Positions 39,602 to 48,442 of a DNA stretch of 64,000 bases are shown here, piece by piece. Numbering within the stretch: position 1 is the first letter of the stretch; the number at the start of each line of letters is the position of its first letter. Both the position numbers and the translations under genes were made by a program. This DNA is from a virus. The stretch spans positions 30,375 through 94,374 of IMG/VR virus record IMGVR_UViG_3300043313_001220; one strand, given 5' to 3'. The notes under the pieces were generated by a model that was not told where the DNA came from, ran no database searches, and was given only the letters and a program-made list of their open reading frames with translations.

Positions 39602-39632
39602 GACGCCCCCCGCCCCACGTGGTGGGGGGCGT
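39602..39632 (+). terminator. GC-rich hairpin
   Basis: GACGCCCCCC...GGGGGGCGTC inverted repeat after ORF ending 39592. Confidence 0.55.
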
Positions 39633-39715
39633 CCCCATATCTGTCGTCGCACCGCGATGACTGGCTGTGCCACGGTGTGAGGTGCTACGATCGCGGCAAA
39701 GTAGAGGAGGTTGCC

Positions 39716-40378
39716 GTGGGCCCCCCCACCGCCGAGGAGCTGTACGAACGTCGGATGCAGGTCTACCAGCTGCGCCGCAGCGGCAGCGGCGTCACCGCGA
39801 TCGGCCAGAACCTGGGCGTCTCCCAGGCGACTGTCAGCAAGGATATGGCTTGGCTGCGGGCCAACGGTTACGAGCTCGGCGGCACCGATCTGCAGATCTA
39901 CGAGAGCGCCCGCGACCGTGCCCGCACCACCAACACCAGCGACCCCAGCCGGATCGCCGAGCTGCGCCACAAGATCGTCACCATGCGGCTGGAAGGTCAC
40001 GTGCCGCGCGATATCGCCCGCACGCTCGGGGTGGCCCTGCAGACCGTCCAGAACCACCTGGCGGCGGTGTTCAACGGGCTGACCACCCCGAAAGCCGAGG
40101 AAGCCCGCCAGCTCGAACTGGACCGTTACGACCGGCTGCTGACCAAGCTCGAACCGGGGGTTGAGGTAGGGGACGTCAAATCGATCCTGGCGGCGGCGAA
40201 GATCGGCGCGCAGCGGACCCAGATCCAGGGGCTCGACAAGCCGATGAGGATCGAGATCACCAACGTGACCGTCGACGCGATCGATGCCGAGATCGCCCGT
40301 CTGACCGAGCAGATGAATCAGGCTTCGGGTCGGGACCACGTCGACATCGAGGGCGAGGTTGTCGACAGTGGATCTTGA
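39716..40378 (+). CDS. terminase small subunit (tandem HTH)
   Basis: Two HTH motifs (IGQNLGVSQATVSKD; IARTLGVALQTV); directly upstream of TerL. Confidence 0.75.
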   Translation: MGPPTAEELYERRMQVYQLRRSGSGVTAIGQNLGVSQATVSKDMAWLRANGYELGGTDLQIYESARDRARTTNTSDPSRIAELRHKIVTMRLEGHVPRDIARTLGVALQTVQNHLAAVFNGLTTPKAEEARQLELDRYDRLLTKLEPGVEVGDVKSILAAAKIGAQRTQIQGLDKPMRIEITNVTVDAIDAEIARLTEQMNQASGRDHVDIEGEVVDSGS

Positions 40379-43097
40379 GGACCGGTTCGTCGACCTCGAT
40401 CTGGAGGACCAGCTGCGGGCGCAGATCGCCAAACTGCGGCAGCTGCGCGAGCTGAAGGTAAAAGAACAACAGCAGCAAGCCGAAGGGGCGCGGCAATACC
40501 TCAACGATCCGGTCGGGTGGATCGAGCGGTTCGTTAAGTGGGGTGACGGCGAGGGCCATCTGACGGATTATCAGGCCGAGATCGTCGCCGAGCTGCCGAG
40601 GCGCAAGCGGGTGGCCGTGCGTGGTCCACATGGTCTCGGCAAGAGCCAGGATGTAAATGCGTCTATTGCTACGCCCACCGGCTGGACCACTATCGGGGCC
40701 CTCCGGCCCGGAGATGAGGTCTTCGACGAGCAGGGCAAGACCTGTCGCGTGGTGGCCAAGTCCCCGGTCTGGCAGGACGAAGCCTTCGAGGTCGAGTTCT
40801 CCGATGGCCACATAGTGACCACCCATCCGAACCACGAATGGCACGCGGTTGACGTCTACGTGCGGCCCAGGGGTGTGCGGGACTGGCGTGACCACTGGGC
40901 GGCCACCCGGCGGGTCACCACAGCCCGGATGGCCGAGACCCTGCGGTCACCCGGCGGCCAGCTGCGATGGCGCGTCCCAACCGCCCGCCCCCTGGAGCTA
41001 CCGGCCGCCGACCTACCGGTCGACCCCTACGTCCTGGGGGTCTGGCTGGGAGACGGCGACACCAACGGGGGGGCGTTCACCCTCAACCGAGACGATGCCC
41101 CCGAGGTGGTGGCGCGCATTCCCGGCGGCCACTTCGCGCCTTACGCCGAGAAACCGAATTGCCGCCGCTACGTCGTGCTGGGTCTGATCCACAAACTGCG
41201 GGCTGCGGAGGTGCTCGGCCACAAGCATATCCCGATCGCCTATCTGCGCGCGTCGATTGAACAGCGCCGCGAGCTGGTCCGGGGGCTGTGGGATTCTGAC
41301 GGCTACCGCCAGGCCGGGGGCTGCGACGAGATCAGCTTGAACAACCACGAGCTGGCGCTGGGGGTGCGGCAGCTGCTCCAGACCCTCGGCCTGGTCGCAC
41401 GGATGACCCAAGGCGACTCGGTGATCTGGGAAGCTGGCGTGCCCCGCAAGACCGGGACCCGCTACCGGGTGTCCGCGCGGTTTGACTTCAACCCCTACCA
41501 CCTGTCGCGCTACGACTGGACCCCCCGGGGAGCGCAAGCGTCGCGGCACACTCAACGGACCGTCGTTGACGTTCGTCGGGTCGCGGACCAGCCGACCCAG
41601 TGTATCGAGGTCGACTCCCCGTCGCACCTCTACCTGACCGGCGAGGCGTTGATCCCGACCCACAACAGTGCGTTGGCTGCGATCACCACCCTCTGGTTCG
41701 CCACCACCCGGGAGCAGGCGGGGCTCGACTGGAAGGTCCTGACTACCGCGTCCGCCTGGCGACACCTGACCAAATATCTGTGGCCGGAGATCCATCTCTG
41801 GAGCCGCCGCCTCGATTGGGACGCGCTCGGCCGGCAGCCGTACAATGAACGGTCGGAGCTGCTGGCGTTGACCCTCAAACAGCGCTGGGGGGCCGCCTCC
41901 GCGGTTGCCAGCTCCAAGCCGGAGCTGATCGAAGGCGCGCATGCCGACAGTCTGCTCTACCTGATCGACGAGGCTAAGATCGTGCCCGACAACGTGTGGG
42001 ACGCGATCGAGGGTGCGTTCTCCGGTGGCCGGATGGAAGGCTACCCGGAGGCCCTGGCACTGGCGATCTCCACCCCCGGGCCGCCGGTCGGACGGTTCTA
42101 TGACATCCACCGTCGGGCCCCAGGGCTCGAGGATTGGTGGGTCCGGCACGTCAAGGTCGAGGAGGCAATCGACGCGGGGCGGATCTCGCAGGCGTGGGTT
42201 GACCAGCGGCGCAAGCAGTGGGGTGCCGACTCGGCGCTGTTTGCCAACCGCGTCCTCGGGGAGTTCCACGCGTCCGACGAGGACAGCCTGATACCGCTGG
42301 CCTGGGTCGACGCGGCCATCGAACGTTGGCGCGACTGGGACGACGCCGGACGCCCGGAGCTGGTCATCCAACACCCGCAGGTGATCAGCGTTGACGTCGC
42401 CCGGTCCGGCAGCGACTCCACGATCATCGGCCAGCGGATCGGATGGGCGATCACCGAGTTCGAGACCCACAACCGCGAGGACACGATGAAGACCGCCGCG
42501 CGGGTCGGACCGTTGATCCACGACGCCGACGACGACCGGCCCCGGGTGGTCGGGGTGATCGACACGGTTGGGGTCGGGGCGGGTGTCTACGACCGGCTGC
42601 GCGAGCTGAAGTACCCGGTGGTCGCCTACACCGGGTCGGCGAAGACCGACTTCCGGGATCGCACCGGGGAGTATGGGTTCGTCAACACACGGTCTGCGGC
42701 CTATTGGAACCTGCGGGAGCTGCTCGACCCGGCGAACGACAGCATATTGATGCTGCCGCCGGATGATCTGATGATCTCCGACCTGACCACCCCGACCTGG
42801 GACATCACCTCAGGTGCGCCGCCGAAGATCGTGGTCGAGAAGAAAGACGACGTCGTGGCCCGCCTGGGTCGTTCGCCGGACCGTGGCGACATGGTGGTGA
42901 TGGCGTTCTGGTACGAGCAGCTGCGCAAGGAGGCGCAGGTCGCGAAGACCCCGGAGGGCAGACTGCCGGTGCACCGAGATCTGTCGCCGCTGGCCGCCCA
43001 GCAGGGCAACGACATAGGGGTGCAGATGCCGCGCCGGATACCGGGCATCGGGACCATCCGGAGGCCCCGTGCGTCGGCGATGGGGCCGCTCGGGTAG
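40359..43097 (+). CDS. terminase large subunit containing an intein
   Basis: Walker A GPHGLGK|S split by intein; Walker B LYLIDEA; AISTP; nuclease SVDVARSGSD, DTVGVGAGVYD, SPDRGD. Confidence 0.93.
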   Translation: MSTVDLEDRFVDLDLEDQLRAQIAKLRQLRELKVKEQQQQAEGARQYLNDPVGWIERFVKWGDGEGHLTDYQAEIVAELPRRKRVAVRGPHGLGKSQDVNASIATPTGWTTIGALRPGDEVFDEQGKTCRVVAKSPVWQDEAFEVEFSDGHIVTTHPNHEWHAVDVYVRPRGVRDWRDHWAATRRVTTARMAETLRSPGGQLRWRVPTARPLELPAADLPVDPYVLGVWLGDGDTNGGAFTLNRDDAPEVVARIPGGHFAPYAEKPNCRRYVVLGLIHKLRAAEVLGHKHIPIAYLRASIEQRRELVRGLWDSDGYRQAGGCDEISLNNHELALGVRQLLQTLGLVARMTQGDSVIWEAGVPRKTGTRYRVSARFDFNPYHLSRYDWTPRGAQASRHTQRTVVDVRRVADQPTQCIEVDSPSHLYLTGEALIPTHNSALAAITTLWFATTREQAGLDWKVLTTASAWRHLTKYLWPEIHLWSRRLDWDALGRQPYNERSELLALTLKQRWGAASAVASSKPELIEGAHADSLLYLIDEAKIVPDNVWDAIEGAFSGGRMEGYPEALALAISTPGPPVGRFYDIHRRAPGLEDWWVRHVKVEEAIDAGRISQAWVDQRRKQWGADSALFANRVLGEFHASDEDSLIPLAWVDAAIERWRDWDDAGRPELVIQHPQVISVDVARSGSDSTIIGQRIGWAITEFETHNREDTMKTAARVGPLIHDADDDRPRVVGVIDTVGVGAGVYDRLRELKYPVVAYTGSAKTDFRDRTGEYGFVNTRSAAYWNLRELLDPANDSILMLPPDDLMISDLTTPTWDITSGAPPKIVVEKKDDVVARLGRSPDRGDMVVMAFWYEQLRKEAQVAKTPEGRLPVHRDLSPLAAQQGNDIGVQMPRRIPGIGTIRRPRASAMGPLG
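40644..41666 (+). mobile_element. Class 3-type intein with LAGLIDADG homing endonuclease (341 aa)
   Basis: Starts SQDVNASIATPTGW; block B HPNHEW; VLGVWLGDG and LVRGLWDSDG; block F QCIEVD; ends IPTHN|S. Confidence 0.9.
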
Positions 43098-43103
43098 CGC
43101 ACA

Positions 43104-43140
43104 TGGGGATGCCCCCCGGCCGTGAGCTCGGGGGGCATCC
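43104..43140. terminator. Hairpin between convergent genes
   Basis: GGATGCCCCCCG...CGGGGGGCATCC. Confidence 0.7.
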
Positions 43141-43155
43141 GGTGGACGTTGACGG

Positions 43156-43611
43156 TCAGAAGACGCCCGAGGCGTCCAGCGCAAACAGGATGGCCTCGAA
43201 CGCCGCGACCTCGTCATCCTCCGGGCTGGTCTTGACGATCGCCAATGCCGCCAGCCGCAGTGCGTTGCGCTGGTCGGCGGTCAACACGACCCGCAGTTCG
43301 CCAGCGACCGATTCTTCCCGGGCCGGGACCGGCCGAGGGAGATCTTCGAGGTCGAGGTAGCTGACCAGCAGCATCTGCACGAGGTGATCGACCGCCCGAT
43401 CCTGCGCCGGGCCGGTGCGCTCCTGGCAGATCGCGATCTGTGCGCCCAGCTCCTCGTCGGGGCCATCGTCGCCGTCTTCTTGGCTGGTGATGTTGTCGAC
43501 CTGGCAGGCGATGGCCTCGTCGATGACTACCGCGTTGTAGCCGTCGCGGGTGGTGACGTCGACCAGCTCGACGGCGTCATCGCGGGTGGGGCCTTCGGTC
43601 TCGTAGTTCAT
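43156..43611 (-). CDS. acidic hypothetical protein, paralogous to an internal segment of the protease ORF
   Basis: AVDHLVQMLLVSYLDLEDLP vs AVDHLREMLLRSYLDVEDLP near 50370-50430. Confidence 0.65.
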   Translation of the reverse strand: MNYETEGPTRDDAVELVDVTTRDGYNAVVIDEAIACQVDNITSQEDGDDGPDEELGAQIAICQERTGPAQDRAVDHLVQMLLVSYLDLEDLPRPVPAREESVAGELRVVLTADQRNALRLAALAIVKTSPEDDEVAAFEAILFALDASGVF

Positions 43612-43983
43612 GTCCGTCTCCTTCGGTTGGTGTGGCGGGGGGCGGGTGATTAGATCTTAGAGATGCGCTGGTCGGTGACGTTGTGGGTGCAGCGGTAGCC
43701 ACCCTTGGCGTCCAGCCAGATGATCGCGAAGCCGTCAGGTCCGTTCATCGTCAGCTCGCGGACCTCCAGGACGACACCCTTGACGCGCGGGCCGCCGGGG
43801 CCCTGGAAGACGATCTCGTCGCCCTGGCGGTACTCGGTGCGGTCCATGTCCGGCTCCTTCGGTCTAGGGGGCGGGCCCCCCTGCATGTTCCAGTTTACCA
43901 GGTGACACGCCACGTGTCAAGCCCCGTGCCACATCGAGCGGCACGGGGCTTGTGAGGTGTGTCACATCAGCGCCATGGGCCTT

Positions 43984-44673
43984 CTAGAAGGGAACGACGC
44001 ACTCCGCGTGCCGGCAACCGTCCTGGCGGCAGTAGAGGCCATCGCCCCGCGAGCTGTGGTCGCACGCCCCCGGGCTGACCAGGTTCAGGTGGAAGCCCGA
44101 GACATATCGCACGCCCTCGTTCGGGTCGTGCTCGTTGTGCCCGACCTTGCCCGGCCAGGTCTCGATGCCGTACCACTCGGTCTCGGCACTGCCCGACCAG
44201 CAGATGATCGACGAGACGACCGGCGCGACCGGCTCGGGGTGATCGGTGGCGGCGGCAGCCTCCGCGCGGTGGTGCGACCGGCGCTCGGTGTAGATCGACA
44301 GCATGTCGGCCACCCGGGCGATCGCGCCCTTCGCGGTGCGGCACGATTGGACCAGCTCGGCCAGCTCGGAGTCGCTGTACGCCTCGATCACGATGTCCCA
44401 ACCGGCGTTGTCGTAGTTGGCCATAGCGTGGGCCTTGACCGCGTTGATGAGGTTCCAGACCCGGCTGGAGATCCGTACCAGTCCGTCAACATCCAGGAAT
44501 CGCGACCGGGCCATCTTAACGCAGGGGGTGCAGTTGGCAGTCTCGTTGGTGAACTCGCGCTTGCCGGTCTTCATCGCGCCACACAGCGGGGGCGAACTCC
44601 AACCGACGTTGATCGCCAGGTGGACGGTGCTCGCGCCAGCGCGGGCGGACTTGACGGTGACGACCTCGTTCAT
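43984..44673 (-). CDS. hypothetical protein
   Basis: GGAAGGA RBS; HAMANYDNAGWDIVIEAYSD. Confidence 0.6.
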   Translation of the reverse strand: MNEVVTVKSARAGASTVHLAINVGWSSPPLCGAMKTGKREFTNETANCTPCVKMARSRFLDVDGLVRISSRVWNLINAVKAHAMANYDNAGWDIVIEAYSDSELAELVQSCRTAKGAIARVADMLSIYTERRSHHRAEAAAATDHPEPVAPVVSSIICWSGSAETEWYGIETWPGKVGHNEHDPNEGVRYVSGFHLNLVSPGACDHSSRGDGLYCRQDGCRHAECVVPF

Positions 44674-44701
44674 GGGGGTGTCCTTCCGGGGGGTGGGTGG
44701 G

Positions 44702-45052
44702 TCAGACCGCGAGCAGGGCGAGCAGATCGTCGGCAGGTGCCGCGACCGGGGCGGGGGCGGCGAACTGCCGGTTGATCTCGGCAACCCAGGCGGTGTGTGC
44801 GGCGCGCTGGGCGGCGGTCGACAGGTCCAGCTTGGTGGCGCACAACGCCCGGTCGCGGGTGGCCGACCAGCGGTGGGTGGCCGCCGAGTGCTCGGCGTGA
44901 ACCCGGGAGACCAGGGCGGCGAGGGCCGCGCGGTTGCGCTCGATCGGGCGGCGGACCCCTGCGATCCAGGCCCGGACGGTGCGGGTGGTGACGCCCAGCT
45001 CGCGAGCGATCTCCGCCTCGTTCATGTCCAGGGCCTGTGTCAGGTTCCGCAT
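44702..45052 (-). CDS. HTH transcriptional regulator
   Basis: MNEAEIARELGVTTRTVRAWIAG; promoter TTGACA-N17-TATACT (45128-45100) overlapped by operator. Confidence 0.75.
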   Translation of the reverse strand: MRNLTQALDMNEAEIARELGVTTRTVRAWIAGVRRPIERNRAALAALVSRVHAEHSAATHRWSATRDRALCATKLDLSTAAQRAAHTAWVAEINRQFAAPAPVAAPADDLLALLAV

Positions 45053-45253
45053 CTCGGGCTCCTCCGGTCGGGGGCCAGTGCCTCGGCCCTTCAAAAACAA
45101 GTATACCAGGTGGCATGCCGTGTGTCAAGTCGCGTGACACTCAACCCGGTATCGGATGTGTGAGATGTGCCACATCTGCCGCTGCGGTGAGATGACTACT
45201 TGTGCGACAGGGTCCGCGGGTGTAGCGGCCAGTTACAGCAACGCGGCTCGGCA

Positions 45254-45628
45254 ATGTACAATCGTGCTATGCAGCTCAACGCGTTGATGGTCCTTATCTT
45301 CGTGTTGGCGACTGCCCGAGCCACCGGCCTGCTCACCGGGACCGACGAGATCACCCGACCATACGTGCGGGGCACGTCCGACGACAACGGCGACACGGTA
45401 ACCCCAGGCCTGGTCGGGCGGATCAACCCCGACGAGCTGGAGCGCGGCTGGCGGCACCTGCTCGCCTACCTGCTCACCTGTCAATGGTGCGCCTCGACCT
45501 GGCTCGGCCTGTTCGTGTTCGCCCCCCTCGCCTGGTGGTACGGCAGCAACCCCTGGGCGCTCGTGCCCTGCCTCGGTCTGGCATTCAGCCAGGTCACAGG
45601 AATCATGTCGAAGTGGGGGCGCGAGTGA
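45254..45628 (+). CDS. DUF1360-like membrane protein
   Basis: LATARAT.L...DEIT.P; YLLTCQWCASTW. Confidence 0.75.
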   Translation: MYNRAMQLNALMVLIFVLATARATGLLTGTDEITRPYVRGTSDDNGDTVTPGLVGRINPDELERGWRHLLAYLLTCQWCASTWLGLFVFAPLAWWYGSNPWALVPCLGLAFSQVTGIMSKWGRE

Positions 45629-47604
45629 CGGTTAAGACCTCCGCGAGTACGGCCGTCGCCATCCGAGGCGCGTGCACCGAGGTCGCCAAGCGCAGCGGCA
45701 GGCAATGCAAACAGACCCCCCGAGATGGCACCGACCGGTGCCGATCACACGCCCGGCCACCGCGCACCGCCTTGACCGCAGCATCCGCCCGCATGTCGAT
45801 CAACGGGGTCGGGTGGAAGACCTGGCGGTTCGGCGACCAGGCGTGGCAGCTCGAAGCCTGGCGGATGTACGACGTCATTGGCGAGATGCGCAAGTTCGCG
45901 AACACCATCGGCGCGCAGGTCTCGAAGTGTCGTCTCTATGTGGCCGAGATCGACCAGAACGGCGAACCGGGCAAAGAGGTCGAAGACCCGGAGATCGCCG
46001 CACTCGCCCAAGGGCCGCTCGGCAAGGGCCCGAAGAAGGACGAAGCCCTGCGGCTGCTCGGTGTCAACCTGTCAGTGGTGGGGGAGGCATATGTCGTTGC
46101 CGAGGCGGACGGCGCTAAAGGCGGCGACGATCTGTGGTACGTCGTCTCAGGATCGGAGATCCAACAGGCCGGCAACCGGTTGATCATCGCCCGCGCGGCA
46201 CAGGCCGGGCTCGGTGGCGAGCTCGAATTCCGCGAAGATGTCGACCTGCTGATCCGCTGCTGGACCCCCCACCCCCGCCGGACGATGTGGGCGGACTCGT
46301 CGGTGCGTGCAGCCATTCCGGTGCTGCGCAAGATCGAGACGACCATGAAGCGGTCTTTCGCCGAGCTAGACTCGCGGCTGACCGGTGCTGGTGTTCTGCT
46401 CCTGCCCCAGAATATCGACTTCCCGCGCGGTGACGGGGCCCCCCGCGACATCGACGGCCTGGCGCAGGTGTTCATGAACACCGCCGCCGCCTCGATCGAC
46501 GACCGGGCGTCATCCGAGGCGATGGTGCCGATCCTGATCACCGCGCCGCCGGACTCGATCGACAAGATCAAGCATCTGACGTTCTGGTCGGACATCTCCG
46601 ACAAGATCCAGGAGATGGAAGACGCCAGCATCCGTCGCCTGGCCGTCAACCTGGACATCCCGCCCGAGGTCCTGATGGGTGTCGGGGATTCAAACCACTG
46701 GAACGCCTGGGCCGCCGACGAGGCGAATATCAAGATCTTCGTCGAGCCGATCCTCCAGCGGATCGCCGAAGCCCTGGACCACGGCTACCTCGACGCGGCA
46801 CTGGAGTTCATGGGGCTCGACCCCGAGAAGTACACGTACGCGTTCGACATCTCCCCGCTGACCGTCCCACCGGACCGGACCGCCGACGCGTTGCAGATGC
46901 ATGGTGCCAACGTCATCTCCGACGAGGCGCTGCGCGCCGCGGGCGACTTCAGCGACGATGACGCACCCAGCGGTGAGGAACAGGTCAAACGGCTGCTGGC
47001 CCAGGCGATCATCGCCAAGCCGGAGCTGCTGGAGAACAAGGCCATCCAGAAGCTGTTCGGGGTCAACCTCGACCTGTCCGGACTGGCCCCCGCGCCAGCG
47101 GCCCCGCCCGGTGGGATGCCAGACCCGGCGGCGGCGGAAGAGCCGCCACAGGCCGGGGACGCCGCCGCGGCCGAGGTTGTCAAGGAAGCCCCCCAGACCA
47201 ACCCGAGCCGCAACGTCGGGCGCTCGGAGGGTACCGCATCACTGCTGATGCTCGCCAACTACGCGATGACCCGCGCACTCGGGGTGGCCGGCAGCCGCCT
47301 GGTCCCCCACACCCAACGTGACCAATACCCGGGGGTGCCGAAGCACGGACTCTACGCACAGTACGGCGCGGTCACCCACGAGAAGGCCCAGCAGATCCTG
47401 CGCGGGGTGTGGGCCGACCTGCGCTCGGCTGCGATGGTCGACCCAGAGCTGGCCGCGCTGGACGTCGACCGGTTCGAGCAGCTGCTCAACAGCGCCTGCG
47501 TCGACCTGCTCACCCGCGGGCGTGGGTACGATCCGCAGGAGCTGAACGACGCGCTGTCGCTGTTCAGCCGGCAGCTGTTCACCCCCGCGCCTGTGGGGGC
47601 GTGA
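45625..47604 (+). CDS. portal protein
   Basis: WQLEAWRMYDVIGEMR; RCWTPHP; SRLTGAGVLLLP; RLAVNLDIPPEVL.G..NHW.AW; position after TerL. Confidence 0.85.
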   Translation: MTVKTSASTAVAIRGACTEVAKRSGRQCKQTPRDGTDRCRSHARPPRTALTAASARMSINGVGWKTWRFGDQAWQLEAWRMYDVIGEMRKFANTIGAQVSKCRLYVAEIDQNGEPGKEVEDPEIAALAQGPLGKGPKKDEALRLLGVNLSVVGEAYVVAEADGAKGGDDLWYVVSGSEIQQAGNRLIIARAAQAGLGGELEFREDVDLLIRCWTPHPRRTMWADSSVRAAIPVLRKIETTMKRSFAELDSRLTGAGVLLLPQNIDFPRGDGAPRDIDGLAQVFMNTAAASIDDRASSEAMVPILITAPPDSIDKIKHLTFWSDISDKIQEMEDASIRRLAVNLDIPPEVLMGVGDSNHWNAWAADEANIKIFVEPILQRIAEALDHGYLDAALEFMGLDPEKYTYAFDISPLTVPPDRTADALQMHGANVISDEALRAAGDFSDDDAPSGEEQVKRLLAQAIIAKPELLENKAIQKLFGVNLDLSGLAPAPAAPPGGMPDPAAAEEPPQAGDAAAAEVVKEAPQTNPSRNVGRSEGTASLLMLANYAMTRALGVAGSRLVPHTQRDQYPGVPKHGLYAQYGAVTHEKAQQILRGVWADLRSAAMVDPELAALDVDRFEQLLNSACVDLLTRGRGYDPQELNDALSLFSRQLFTPAPVGA

Positions 47605-48416
47605 TGGCCGAACCGGTGTGGGACGGGACCGGCGTCGACCCGTGGATGCCGAGGCGTCTGGCTGCACAGGCCGAGGCTGTGATCGGCGAGCGGACCGTGT
47701 TCGACGACTACCTCGCCCGGTTGTCCCGCTGGCTGGTCGACACCCGCCGGGCGGTGATGCGTTCGTCGATCGTCGACCCGGATGCGGTCTGGTCGATGTT
47801 GCTGTCGTGGGTGGATTCGGTCACCGAGTTCGTCCACTCGACCATCGCCGATCTGGTCGGGACCGCCTATCGGAAGCTGCTCGGACCGGGCTACATCTAC
47901 AGCCAGCGGCCCCACGTCACCGCATACCTGGCGGAGGCGCAGAACCGGCTGGTCAACGTCCCGGAGCAGGTCTACGACCGGATCGTCGGGCAGATCGCCG
48001 AAGGTGCCGGGATGGGCGAAGGCATGGATCAGATCCGCAAGCGGGTCGAAGAGGTCTTCAGCCTGACAGGCACGCCGTATTGGCCGAACCGGGCTACCAA
48101 TGTCGCTCGCACAGAAACATTGGGCGCGTTAAATGCTGGGCGCGAGGGCGCATTTAATACGGTCGCTCAGGAGCTGGGCGGCGAGTTTGACCATATGTGG
48201 CTAGCTACTGCGGACTTGCGGACGCGCCCCGCCCATCGTGAGGCTGACGGCCAGCGGGTCCCGCTCGGGACCCCCTTCATGATCGGCGGTTTCCCGATGT
48301 CGCGGCCCGGCGACCCATTGGCCCCCATCGATCTTACAGCCCAGTGCCGTTGCACGACTTTGCTCTTGCGACCCGGCGAGAACGTCGACCTCAGTGACCG
48401 CCAGATGGTACGCTAA
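47604..48416 (+). CDS. MuF-like minor head protein
   Basis: RATNVARTE; WLAT.D.RTRPAHREADGQ; PGDP; QCRC. Confidence 0.88.
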   Translation: MAEPVWDGTGVDPWMPRRLAAQAEAVIGERTVFDDYLARLSRWLVDTRRAVMRSSIVDPDAVWSMLLSWVDSVTEFVHSTIADLVGTAYRKLLGPGYIYSQRPHVTAYLAEAQNRLVNVPEQVYDRIVGQIAEGAGMGEGMDQIRKRVEEVFSLTGTPYWPNRATNVARTETLGALNAGREGAFNTVAQELGGEFDHMWLATADLRTRPAHREADGQRVPLGTPFMIGGFPMSRPGDPLAPIDLTAQCRCTTLLLRPGENVDLSDRQMVR

Positions 48417-48442
48417 ACCGCACGAGAAGACTGGAGATAGCG

